A stretch of 63,178 nt of DNA, the filler included, from Lenisia limosa (Eukaryota > Protista > Breviatea): assembly GCA_001655205.1 (NCBI GenBank). It is 8 parts of 8 records of this genome, joined end to end, with 100 filler letters (N's around TTAATTAATTAA, not from the genome) between each part and the next. Parts side by side here need not be neighbours in the genome. Positions count along the whole stretch, not along the records: positions 35,964 to 63,178 come from LPNZ01009902.1; 7 more parts are not named here. One strand, 5' to 3'. The position numbers and the translations under genes were made by a program. The first letter of the stretch is position 1. The number at the start of each line of letters is the position of its first letter. The notes beneath the pieces were generated by a model. It ran no database searches. It had not been told where the DNA came from and saw nothing but the letters and a program-made list of their open reading frames with translations. Positions 50,901 through 62,731 of this stretch are shown piece after piece.

Positions 50901-51596
50901 TCAACCAATAGCTAGCCTACAATGTTGTGCTGCTGGCCATCGGACATACAGAGCGTGTGGCTCTCAGGGAAGCCGAAAGTCATTGTACCTAAACGTCAGA
51001 TGACGCAGACGACCAACCAATCGTTGCGTTGGCTCCCCTCCTCGACTCCATTGAAAACGCATAAGTGCCGTTTCCTTCAACTGAAATCTCTCCTAGACAA
51101 TAAAAACGACTTTTGGTCACCAACCCGTTGCCCGCATGAAGAAGGCGTCTCTGTAATACCAGGGGCGATATGGGATTGTGGCTTGATGATGGATGATATG
51201 GTCGGCGGGAAGCGTTTCATTGGGGAAACTGTTCTCAAAGTAGGAACCATGGTACAGTTCCAACTTAAGCCCGTATACGTGGCCATCTTTGAGTGGAGCA
51301 ATGTAGGCTGAGGAAAAATGAACATTTCGACTGTTTAAAAAAAAACAGGAGATGAAACCGATCTTTAAAGAAAAAATCTAAAAAGCTGATTTAGGACAGG
51401 AAAGCTGGGAGAAGGCATGAGATGGAGGGCCTTGAAGCCATAAAGTTGAAGAAGAACCAATCACAAAACCAAGCCTAAAATTACAGGTAAATTTTAAGCA
51501 TTTGATAATTATACCCTGCTTACAGAAGGCAACAACTTGTCCTGTGAAAAACAGCAACAGCGACAGAATCAATGGAAGCCCCATTGTAGCCTTCAT
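35964..51596 (-). CDS. Giant receptor-like membrane protein: signal peptide, filamin/Ig-like domains, GCC2/GCC3 (ephrin-receptor-like) Cys-rich repeats, multi-TM domain, class III cyclase-homology domain
   Basis: Signal MKATMGLPLILSLLLFFTGQVVA at 51596. Filamin-like YDGTYVIKYTPTVAGVFQFHVG, KVIEGSPFAVTVNP, GVGMYNVTYAVT. Cys repeats CSPGTYNPDAGTASCIDCPVGSYSALAGAANCTICP, CDPCLVGTAVANSSAVVCDDCEVGAY. TM region 39400-37500 with YGLGIPAFVIFIL...FSALYLRYNRRRYLWELTIIIRK. Cyclase region LWRGLRVGMSITTGEP...LAFGGQSLVDD. Many exons lie in N-gaps; the 3' end is lost at a join. Confidence 0.8.
36100..37040 (-). other. Adenylyl/guanylyl cyclase-homology domain exons of the giant receptor
   Basis: Spliced KGQVTCVALRIDGLTVFENLSPKVVQTSRDVCMERLAMSLPELDGAQIAVQHDMMLCGFDNPLDALQYVLKMQ...DPGWLWRGLRVGMSITTGEP...IEGRTRGLATLAFGGQSLVDD...GRLVIPGDTGESVVMDVKPKIFSDRLFK. 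Collinear with the class III cyclase pattern VTxVFTDI / GDAFMVAF / GLRVRMGIHTG / NxAAR / GGQ. Confidence 0.8.
40916..41016. mobile_element. hAT-like MITE (family 1), full-length copy with perfect 8-bp TSD
   Basis: Ends AAGGGATTTCCC...GGGAAGCCCTA, flanked on both sides by CTTACTTC. Core AAAAAAGACTGAATTTCTCGATAAATCCTCGATAAATATCGATATTTT. Confidence 0.8.
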
Positions 51597-51945
51597 TTCT
51601 GTTTAATGCTAAAAAAAAGGCTATAACTGCGCAGATTTTTACTGAATACGTGTTACATTCTGTGACAAACTTTCTAAACTGGATTAGTTAAATATATAAT
51701 TTATACTGCTGACTGCTTTGAATCACACAAGATTTTTTGATATATGAGTGTGAGAAAAAAAATAAACAGCTTCCGATGGTCACGGCGCCGCAGCTTTTAA
51801 CGTTTACGCAGCCCGGTAATTAGTACGGTACGGGGCTTCTTTATAAGTAAAAATGTTGTCAAGTTTCAATTTTTTCGTGTTTTGTTCTAGTTCTAAGATT
51901 GAAACTCTTTAAACTTTAACATTTATTTTTTATAACCTTCACAAA

Positions 51946-54900
51946 ATGTCTTACGGACTTAGTGAGTTCTAAGCCTTATATCGTGATTTAACATTCAGAA
52001 AACATCTATGCTGCCTGCCCTAACACTATCCGTGGCCAAGCTCACCATATGGGAGCTCACCCCAAGAAAAACCAAAAGTTTCTGTATTGCTGTGGAAACC
52101 ATGTTGTTATTCGTGACATGAAGGTGGGTAACTTGTGTATCTGAGTATTGTCATTTAAATAGGACCCTCTCATCTCCGATGTTTACTATGATCATTCTGC
52201 TCAAACTACTGTCGCTCGTTACTCCCCTTCTGGATACTACATTGCTTCTGGAGGTGAGTCAGGGCGGTGATACATTTTATTTCTTCTCCTCGCGCCTGAT
52301 TTTCAAATTTTGTGATTCCCCTAACATGATTGCAGATGTTACCGGTACCATCCGTATCTGGGATACTGTTAACGCTGAGCACATCTGCAAAATTGAGCTT
52401 CGGTTTGGAATGGGTGCAAAGGGGAAGATGCCTTATTATTATTATTATATTCCTTTCTCACGGAGCAGCCCTCTCTCAAGCCAGATTACTGACATTGCCT
52501 GGTCTGAGGATTCACAGCGCATTGTTGTGTGTGGTGAAGGCAAAGAATGGTATGTGTGGTGTTCAAAAGACCAACTTATCCTTTAGCTTCTCCAAGGTAT
52601 TTGTCTTTGACACTGGTGCCACCATCGGTGACATGTCTGGACACAGCAAGAACATCAACTCTTGTGATTTCAAGCAGGTAAGCCGGACTATGGTTCTTCG
52701 CTATTGATATGTCGGTTTTTACAACCAAAGTTTGAAATAAACGATTCCGTGATTTCTGTTTAGACCCGTCCCTTCCGCATTGTCACCGGTTCTGAGGATC
52801 TCAAGGTTGGTGCATGAATTAATAATCTCATTCTCATATCGATTGTTTATAGTCCAGGTCAACTTCTACCAAGGCCCTCCTTTCAAGTTCAATACCAGCC
52901 ATTCAGTGAGCAGAATATGGCTTTCTACTAACATTTGCCTGTTATCATGTTCGAACCTCCTATTGACCGTTTGTAGACTCATGAGCGTTTTGTGAACTGC
53001 GTCCGCTTCTCTCCCGACGGTACCAAATTCGTTTCCGTCGCCTCTGACATGAAGGTAAGGCATTTCCCCGTGCTAGACGCAACCGAAATTTCGTTTCTAC
53101 TATTTGACACAAAAGCTTCTCCCTATGATGGTTTGTAATGATGTCAGGGATTCCTCTATGACGGCAAGACCGGAGAGGCTCTCGAGACTAAACTGGAAGG
53201 CCACACCGGCGCCATCTACGCGTGTGCCTGGTCGCCTGACTCCAAGAAGGTACGCCACGGCACACTTTGCAGAGCTCTGTTGATGACCAACAAAGATTAA
53301 AAGATACTCGTGACCAAAATAGAATCCGTTTTTCTGGTACTTTCAAGGTTTACTGTGTTTGTAGATTGTCACCGCTTCCGCTGACAAGACTCTGAAGATC
53401 TGGAATGTTGAAGACGGCGCTTGTGAAAAGTGTGTTTGTTTTCTTTTTCTATTTCAAACATTTGACTGTCTATCTGTTCCAACTCTTTAGCACTCTCACC
53501 CTTGCCGCCAAGCCCACTGTTGATGACATGCAACTCGGCGTTTTATGGCAGGCCGACACCATCATCTCCGTTTCCTTCAACGGCAACCTCAACTATTTTA
53601 CTCCTGTACGCTTCTTATGATCCAAAATAACACCAAAAAAAAACACGGAAAATTACGCTACAACCATACATGTGTGTATATCTTGCATTTGTTGCCTCTC
53701 CATGTCCACACGTCACAACCTAGGGACAGGACGGTATGCCTACCCGCGTGTTAACCGGACACAACAAGAACGCCACGGCTGTTGCCTTTGATGCGGCCAC
53801 TAACATGATCTTCTCCGGATCCACTGACGGCAAACTGTGTACGTTGTCTTGACGCACACCAAGGTCTCACTCTCCAGGCTCATGGAAGCTCGGTGAAGGA
53901 TGTGGTCCTCGCTTTGAAGGAAAGATGCCCACTTCCAAGGTCGTCCAGATGAAGGTGAGCCACAGGCTTGGATTCCGCTTTTCTCACCTCTTAGGTTGTT
54001 GGTGATAAGCTCTACGCTGCTTTCAATGCTGATATTCTCGAAGTCATCAACACTTCAACTTTGAAGATTGGGTGGGTAATACTGGTTGATACACCGCTCT
54101 TTGATATGTTGTTTNNNNNNNNNNNNNNNNNNNNNNNNNNNNNNNNNNNNNNNNNNNNNNNNNNNNNNNNNNNNNNNNNNNNNNNNNNNNNNNNNNTCAG
54201 CCCTGTGCGTTGCTACCGACGGAACTGTTGCGGTTTCTTGTCTGGGCGGCCAAGTGAGCTTCTTTTCGTTACTTTGAACAAATCGTGACAGTCCCTTATT
54301 AGTCAACTGTTCTCTCCCATTTATCATCGTACCAGGTCACCATTATTCGTGATGGAGCTGTTGTCAACACTATTGAAGTCAAGTACACCCCCCACGTACG
54401 CTGGAGTGATGGGATGCGGTGCTGCAGAGCGACAGGCCTAGGCTTTGTTTGTTTTGTTGTCATCAACCCTCGNNNNNNNNNNNNNNNNNNNNNNNNNNNN
54501 NNNNNNNNNNNNNNNNNNNNNNNNNNNNNNNNNNNNNNNNNNNNNNNNNNNNNNNNNNNNNNNNNNNCCACGCTATGATGTCATGTGATTTATTTTTCTT
54601 GTACCTGACATTCCAGGCTGTTTCCATTCGTTCCGACGCTTCCGAAGTTGCTGTTGGCTCAGACACGGGCAAAATCCACATCTACTCCCTCAAGTGAGTT
54701 CTGCAGTCTCAAGTCTCACTCTCCAGTGGCAGTGATCTCACCGAGACCAAGACCCTTGAACACCATCGTGCTGCTATCACCGCTCTGTCTTATTCGAAAT
54801 GTGGCGCCTGGCTCGCAGCCTCTGATGCCAAAAGAGAGGTGGGACTGCTGGTTAAACAATGTAGAAATGGAACATCAAACTCACTTTTCAATAAAAACAA

Positions 54901-55361
54901 GACCGTCACTTCTCTGATTTTTGTGTCCGGTTTCATTGCATAGGTTGTCGGGTGGTTCACTGAGACCTTCGAGGCCAAATTGACTGGATGGTGCTTCCAC
55001 AGCAGCAAGGTTCTTGACCTTGCATGGGACGAGGATACTACTTACCTCGCTTCTGCCGGACTTGACAAGTTGGTCATTGAGCTTTTGGATTTTAGCATTG
55101 TTTTTTATGACTTGACCATTTAGCAATACCTTTATCTGGAGCGTTGAGAACCCCAAGACTCGCATCAACATCAGACAGGCTCACCCCGGTAAGAAGATGC
55201 CATTTTTGCTGATGACTTCTTGTTTTCTTCTTTGGTCCACTGCTGCGCTGAGTGGATATTAACGTGTTACAGGTGGAGTCAACGGAGTTGCCTGGGCCGG
55301 CAAGGACCTTGTGACTTGTGGTGCGGACTGCAACATCAAAACTTGGACTATCAAGCATTAA
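51946..55361 (+). CDS. WDR1: Actin-interacting protein 1 (WD40 repeat, WDR1)
   Basis: [18 protein letters not shown]..., [113 protein letters not shown], ...[12 protein letters not shown]. About 19 exons. Confidence 0.95.
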
Positions 55362-55429
55362 GTCTTCCTTTATCACCTTTATCAATATAATATTTATCTA
55401 TACATTACTACTCGTAGTCACTCTACTAC

Positions 55430-57477
55430 ACAATCAAAAAAGAGTATAATTTTTGGCTACAAAAGGGCCTTAGCTTCGCGAAGCTCTTCTTTGAGCTACA
55501 AATATCAGTTACAGTTTCAAAGGTGACCTTTTTTATTTGGAGCTGAACTTCAGGGTATCTCTCTGCCCTTCCAAGGTTTTCCATATCCTTCATAAACTGT
55601 TGTCGGTCCACAAGCTCAGCTGTCACTACAACCATCACATTCAGTTCATCAAATTTATTTTGACGTGCCCCCCTACACTCTCTCACACGGAGCACTTCTG
55701 GAGGCTCAGAGCTCTCTTTCCTCTTCACTCTTCCTAAAAAATAAAGATTTTTTTTTGCTCCATTCACATTATTGCGTTTTCTAAAATACAATATCAATAT
55801 CAGGTTTGAATATGAATAAAAATGGTAATTTCAATTTCAAAAAGCATTATTGTATATAATAAATAAGACTGAACAAAATATACCACTCATAAGGAGCTCC
55901 AGATTGAGGCAATAGAAATGACACATGAATGAACGCCGAAAGCTGCTCACTCTTGCAGTGTTTTTGGCAAACCCCCCGTACCAACAACTGGCTCCTTTGG
56001 CTCAAATGCTATCTGCAGCTTCTTCTTTTCTGTTGAACTATTCGAAGCTGAAATGTCAGATTCTTGAGTGTCTCAACAAAAGAATGATTCACATGTAATA
56101 ACAACAATGTCCTGTCATTTTGGGAACGGGTTTTCTGGGATTCAGAAACTAATTGTTAACTGATATCCAAAATGAAATGGGGGAGTTATATACATTTCAA
56201 ATTCCAGCTCTCTTATGAACAAACAATTATATAAGAAAGAAAAGGTAGATGGGACGAAGTAAAACAAGAACCTGAAAACATGATCTGGTCGGGAGTATAT
56301 ATGTAAACAGCTTTTAGCTCGCTTCTGCTAAATCCGTTTCGAAGTGTTTGTGAATTGCAATACTCGAGTTAGACGAGTAGATATGAGCTCGCCAAGAGGG
56401 GAATCATTTGGGCAGTTTTTTAAGGTGTTTTTGTCCAAAATCTTCATTCAAGTGAAAGTCCTTACATTTAAAGGAAAAGGGACCGAGGGTGACTAAATGA
56501 ATGATACTTACCAGCTGAGCTTTTCTATTATAATTTTTGAGGGAAAATATAATTACATGTAATTGGAAATGACATTCCAAACTTCCAAACTCCTACAATA
56601 GTGGGTGGGCGTGAAATTATCCCTTTGGTAGAGCCCCTCAGCCTTGATTTGGCTTAGTGGTTTCCGACTGGGTATTGTAGAAACAGCAGAGGATTTTGGA
56701 GCAGCACGTGGGACAGGGGCCTATCAGAACGTAAAATGGCAATTTGGAAGATGTAGCGTTAGAAATGTTTTGAAAAATATTTGTTGTATAATATCATAAT
56801 ATCAACCAAAAATAGTATTCTCTGAAAACAGTTGTATGAGACTACGTTCCAACCTTTCGTGAATATGGATTGAGCTGGCTTGCTGGAACCTGCTGCTGAC
56901 TTGCTGTTGAAACAGAGAGGATACCCTGAGCTATTTGGTGGGTGAGTGGTGTTCAGTGAGGAGAAAGAACTTTTGAAGCAACACAAAAATCACACCACCT
57001 GGTAAACTGTCCAAAACGGGGTGTAGTTTTGTCCAACCTTTTGTATTAGACTTGAGTGTTGTCTTTTGCCGAAAGCTTAGATTTGATTTCTTGTCAATCA
57101 TACCTAAGAGTTTTGAAATCCCAAACACACATATATATAGCAATGAGAAATAAAAAATAAGGATGTATCNNNNNNNNNNNNNNNNNNNNNNNNNNNNNNN
57201 NNNNNNNNNNNNNNNNNNNNNNNNNNNNNNNNNNNNNNNNNNNNNNNNNNNNNNNNNNNNNNNNNNNNNNNNNNNNNNNNNNNNNNNNNNNNNNNNNNNN
57301 GGCCTCCCCAGCATACACATATAGGGAGAGCGAAGAAATATGTTTATGATTTCCATTCCATATCATACCATCTAACAAGGCCTGGGTGTCAGCGGAGATA
57401 GCGGGCTGACCAGAGCGGCCCTTTGCTTTGGCCGTTTTTGGGCCTGGCGCAGCACGATGCCCGCCACCAAGTACCAT
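55430..57477 (-). CDS. UPF0193/EVG1 (C22orf23)-like protein
   Basis: N-terminal ISADTQALLDGMIDKKSNLSFRQKTTLK and C-terminal FDEL...AELVDRQQFMKDMENLGRAERYPEVQLQIK resemble the two conserved UPF0193 blocks (recognised from memory). Stop position uncertain. Confidence 0.6.
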
Positions 57478-57588
57478 GACTGAGGGGGGGGGGGGTAGCT
57501 TTTGCTTAAACCAATGCTAAAATACAATTAATTAAANNNNNNNNNNNNNNNNNNNNNNNNNNNNNNNNNNNNNNNNNNNNNNNNNNNN

Positions 57589-59602
57589 GGCACTCCCCGC
57601 CCCGGTTTCGCTTTTACCAAAATTGGTCGTGAGTTGAAGCCACTGAACCCGCCTGCGTCTTACTACCTCCGTCGTCGCACCAAAAAAACAAGTATGGAAG
57701 ATCCTTAGATCTTTGCTTACTTTGGTTTTTCCTTTTTTTTGGCTTGTTGTATTCTTGTATTTAAGTCATAAATATTTATACAAATGGTTTCTGTAACTAT
57801 CAAATCACAGGAGGTCCCAGTTTCCTGCCACTCTTCTATTAAGGTTGAAGATGCCCTCGAGTCCTCTCTCTTCAAGGTAAGGAATAAATATAAATAATAG
57901 TGTGGATAAGCGACGGAAAAGTGGGCTATGTGACTACCAAAAAGGATGATACTGTTATGGACTTTCTCAATGCTCCAGAACTGGATGGCTGATATGGAAA
58001 GCTCAACTTTGACTGTCAAGAACATTGATATCCAGTGCATTGGTAGGGAAATCTCAGATGCGGTTAAACCGATTGACACGATTGACACATTCTCGTTGTA
58101 ACTTGAAAGATATGTTTGGCCCTCGTGTTGGTTTCCTGAAGATCAAGTGTGATGTGTTCGATACTGCTGGAAAGAGGGTTCCTGGAATCTGTGTAAGCAA
58201 CGCATCATTGGACCTCCCATCTCACATCCTAGTTCCTTCGTGGTGGCGCTGTGGGCGTTCTTCCCGTTCTTCACTGCAACGGCGAACAATACACCCTTCT
58301 TACAACCCAGCCTCGGTTTGTGGCTCAGTTTTGCTTTTAAATGACGGGGAGCATTCACCCTCCAGAGTTCCCATTGGTGCCAGCCAGTTCCCTGAAATTC
58401 CTGCCGGCATGATTGTTGGGGGGGGGGGGNNNNNNNNNNNNNNNNNNNNNNNNNNNNNNNNNNNNNNNNNNNNNNNNNNNNNNNNNNNNNNNNNNNNNNN
58501 NNNNNNNNNNNNNNNNNNNNNNNNNNNNTGAACATCATTTTGCTGGTGTTGCTGCCAAGGAAATGAAGGAGGAAACCGGACTTGTCATGGAAGCTTCTGA
58601 GATGATTGACCTTACCCATATGGTAGGGCTTGTGACAGAAAGTGTTGTTCTTTGTCTTTCTTCAGTGTTGCTTGTTGCGTTAGTGACAATCTTGCAGGCC
58701 TACGGCGACAAGTACAAAGGCATGTACCCCTCCGCTGGCGGGTTGGTGGGAATCTGAGGCTTTTATTGCAAACACGCACTTGCCATTACATCTTTGCCAA
58801 CATATGTACAACACTCTGAGTTCGCCCCTCAGAGTAGTGTTTTGTTTTTTCACTCGCCACCCTTATTATAAAAATGGGCTTCACGAGATATCACTATTTA
58901 GTTGTGATGAATTCCTCCGCCTCTACCTTTGGGAGAAGGACGTCGACCAGAGCCTTATTGATGACCTTCATGTGAGTGGCAGCCTTGTATTCTTCTCTCC
59001 TGACATCCACAGGGAAAGGACACCGGAGCCGAGAACGAAAACGAGAACATCATTCTCCGTGTCATCAAGCTTGAGGATCTCTGGAGAGAAGGTGGGTCAA
59101 AGGAAATCAAAGAATGATCGGAGACTGGTTTTATCGTCTCGTTTGATGATACTGAGCATGCAGCACCCGAATCCAAGGCTCTTGCTTGCCTTGCTCTTGG
59201 CGGTCAGCTCTCCGCCTCTGGAGAACTCAAGTGCAAGGTGGGCTTCCTCGGTTCTTCAATGTATCCTTCATGCTGCCTATTCATTTGTCACTTTGTTCTC
59301 ACCTTTAAAGACCAACTTCTGCCCCGCCTCACACAAGAAGAAGTGTTGCAAGTGCCCTCTCACCTGCATGCTCGTAAGCCCACTGGAGTAATATTGGTGT
59401 AGCGTGTAGCTACTACCCATTGTGTAGCTGGATGCGCTGTTGCGGACAACTATCATGGAAAATTTTATTGCTAATACGGTATTATTATCTCACCCCCTTG
59501 CAGAAGAAGGTGAACATGACCCCCGTTGATGCTGCCCACTTCGCCTTTGGTGCTGCTTTCTTTGGGCTGGCCGCTGCCTATATCTGGGAGAAGTTCTGTT
59601 AG
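57589..59602 (+). CDS. Nudix hydrolase (plant NUDX14/ADP-sugar pyrophosphatase-like) with C-terminal hydrophobic tail
   Basis: DMFGPRVGFLKIKCDV...KRVPGI / FLRGGAVG / RVPIGASQFPEIPAGMI / FAGVAAKEMKEETGL (Nudix box) / GMYPSAGG / CDEFLRLYLW / GKDTGAENENENIILRVIKLEDLWRE / APESKAL; ends HFAFGAAFFGLAAAYIWEKFC*. The start lies in the N-gap. Confidence 0.88.
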
Positions 59603-59713
59603 ATTGAAAATAATGTATCTCTGTATATTTGTGCTGTCTTTCTTTAACTCAAAAAATGGAGAGCCTTAGCTTTCCTCCACTCTCATCACAAAATTAGAGA
59701 GACTACAACATGT

Positions 59714-60800
59714 CTACATCTTTGCTCCTCCACTAATGGCATACACCTACGGAGTAAGTGAGTGAACAAGCCAGAGAACAACTATCAGAATTAGCTTCGC
59801 ACCTTCAGTAATCCAGCACTTTCCAAAACAAAGTCCCAAGCGGATGCTGAACGGGGCATTCCACTCATGGTTGTTGAGTCACTACAAGGTCATAATTACA
59901 TGGTAAATAAAAATATCATTGGATTTTACTTCTGCATACATATCCGCCTTAATGAAAATATGATATCATTGGTAATATCTTCCTTGCTCCCTTGCTATAC
60001 ACCTACAATCTAATCTAAAATCACAAAAGGGCCTACAAATGAACAAAGCTTGAATCTCTTGACAAGAGACGAATACGGTTGGGGCTGTGGTGTCAAAAAT
60101 GAACATCAGCTTTATCGGTCACATGCATTCAATCCTCACCTTGCCATGACAAATTGACATCCAATAACCCTCATACCTTATGTGAAATACTCAGAAAACT
60201 TGATTTTCATTGCTCAGCCCNNNNNNNNNNNNNNNNNNNNNNNNNNNNNNNNNNNNNNNNNNNNNNNNNNNNNNNNNNNNNNNNNNNNNNNNNNNNNNNN
60301 NNNNAGGGCCTGGATAAGTCTGTTCAGGCCACCGCTGAACCCTCAAGACCGACTTGCTGGGCTAGGATGGTCACTCAAGATAAATGTTGCAACATGTGCA
60401 CGATAATCGGTTCAATTTTGAAACAAAAAGATGGACCCTCCCCCTTGTGATACGCGTAGCATACTTGTACTCCAGAAAGACGCCTGCCCCCGGCATTGTT
60501 GTCGAACTGGCCTACAGATCAAACTAAGGGGTGTGCGCGATTCTAAAAAAATTTATAAATAAAACCAAACAACAGTAAATTACAAATCATCTGATCCCCC
60601 AGAGGCTCCTCGGGCCGGCCAGCGACCATCGGGAGCTGACGCATGTTTCTCTCTTTCTTCACTCCCTCTGCCTCTGCTGCAGAGAAGCACCCAAGCACCC
60701 ACTCCCAAGCGCAGAACAACATCTTGGAACTACAACAAAGGCAATCCCCGCTCATCAAGAGGTGTTCATCTTTTACTTCTTGACTGTTGATCCCATTCAT
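59714..60800 (-). CDS. Small multi-exon protein, unknown
   Basis: ORF 60800-60543 (MNGINSQEVKDEHLLMSGDCLCC...) plus downstream GT-AG exons PNRIRLLSRDSSFVH, DSTTMSGMPRSASAWDFVLESAGLLK, VYAISGGAKM*. Confidence 0.4.
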
Positions 60801-60838
60801 CTTTTTGAAAATTAAGTTTCTTCAATTTTGGAGGTGAA

Positions 60839-62731
60839 ATGGGTGCGTCATGGCTCATTGGAGTGTGCATCTCCCTCGTGTCATCAACAATTGTAAGTAC
60901 CTACCTGTTCTCTTTTTTGACAACTCAGTTGAATATTGGTGTCAATATGCAGAAATATAGTCATCTTCAGGATCAGCAGAAGCCAATTGAGCGAAGAACA
61001 CCTCCATGGAGGGTATGGTGAACCAATATTGTTTTCTTAGGTTATTCGTATAGAGGCCAAGATGGTTATGTGGCATGGGTATTTTTGCACTTGGGAACGC
61101 AGGAGACTTTGTGGCCCTTGGATTTGCTGCCCAATCTCTTCTTGCTCCCCTTGGCTCTATTTCTTTGGTTTGTGTTACATTAAAGGACTTCTCCTGACCC
61201 TCCAGGTTGCTAATGCGATTATTGCACATTATTTTCTTGGTGAAACATTCACCATCAATGACCTGTATTCCACAATCACCATTATTTCCGGAGCCACGAT
61301 CACGGTAATATTTTCTGACCATGAAGAAAGAGGTACGTCACATTTCTACTATGACAAATATGTAAATATTCGGCTAACATCCACAGACTATACTCTAGAT
61401 GAACTACTTGACCTTTACAAGCGGCTGATTTTTGTGATCTACGCAGTGTTCCTGTTCTTCTGCATCGCGCTTCTCTACTCGGGATTTAGAATTGTAAGCC
61501 AAGTTTTCTTGGGGTTGAAAGTGGGAGACCATTATTTTTTTTTTTTGAAGACTTAAAAATTCACTCTAGCCGCAAATAAAAGTTGTCACCAAAGCCAATT
61601 TCACTTCAAGGTCAACTTGATTTTCTAACTTAAAACAGTGTTATAATTGGATACCACACAATAATACAGCCACTTTCGTGGATTTGGCAATATTGTAGAT
61701 TTGGACTTGGGGCATAAATATATAAATAATGTATAAAAAGAAAAGTAAAATAAAAAAAAACTGTTCCTGAATAGACCCTCCAAAAAACTAATGGTCTCTC
61801 GCTTTAAGGAGTATAATAACGGTTACAGCTTGGATCATTCCATAAAGAGAACCACCATAAAACTCTTGTCAACAAACTACTTCCGTTCTGTACTGCAGGA
61901 ACCGGAGCTCTGATAGGTTCCATTACCATTCTCACAGCAAAATCAACGTACGTTTGTTAATTTGCAAACTAAATCCAATAGAAGCGAACTTTTTCAAACG
62001 TCTTTGAAGGGAGATAATCAATTTGTACACTACTACGCTTTCATAATCGTTATTGTTTTCATTTCAACTGCGATTGCACAAGTAAGGAGGAAGCCAACAA
62101 ATTTATCTCTTAGGTTTATTGGATCAATGTTGGTATTGCAATGTTTGACTCTCTATACGTTATTCCTGCATTTTACTGTGTTTGGACAGTTTTTGGTGTT
62201 ATTGGAGGGTCAGGTAAACTCACTTCTCAATCCTATTACATCCAGTGTATTTTGATGAGTTTTCGCACTTTGGGACCCTCCAGTTTATTTTCTTCCCTAT
62301 TGGAGTCTTTACCACCCTTCTTGGCGTTGTTCTGCTTTCTAGACGCAAAATGACAGGTTTGTGCTGTTTTTAGACTTACCCCCTAGTTCGAGCATCAAAG
62401 TGGGGAGTTCTCCGAGCAGTATTCAAAATAAGGTGAGCTGACTGAAAAAGAAAGTGTTTAATTTGCAATAGCCTGAGATATCGACATAGATTTTTTAAAA
62501 AAAACACCTCGTAATAGGTGGTTGAAGACAGATTCGAATCTATACTGACAGTTTAGAACGGATTTTTCGAGGCGAGAAAAGCTTCGCCCCTCGTCTGACC
62601 AACAAAAAGTGGATCTGAACTCTGGTTCACTCGATCAATTGTTTGACGCAACGGAACCAAGGAATACAGATATTGAGCTTGAAGTGATTGATGATGATAT
62701 TGATCTTGGAAGCAGATCAAGCCAAGACTGA
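60839..62731 (+). CDS. NIPA-family (DMT superfamily) magnesium transporter
   Basis: MGASWLIGVCISLVSSTI / LNIGVNMQKYSH / WLCGMGIFALGNAGDFVALGFAAQSLLAPLG / VANAIIAHYFLGE...GATITVIFSDHEE / YTLDELLDLYKR / MFDSLYVIPAFYCVWTVFGVIGG; acidic tail ending ...GSRSSQD*. Confidence 0.88.

Noticed and set aside
51760-51850. GC-richer patch as a possible ncRNA/tRNA
   Set aside because: No convincing structure; more simply the shared promoter of the divergent receptor and WDR1 genes.
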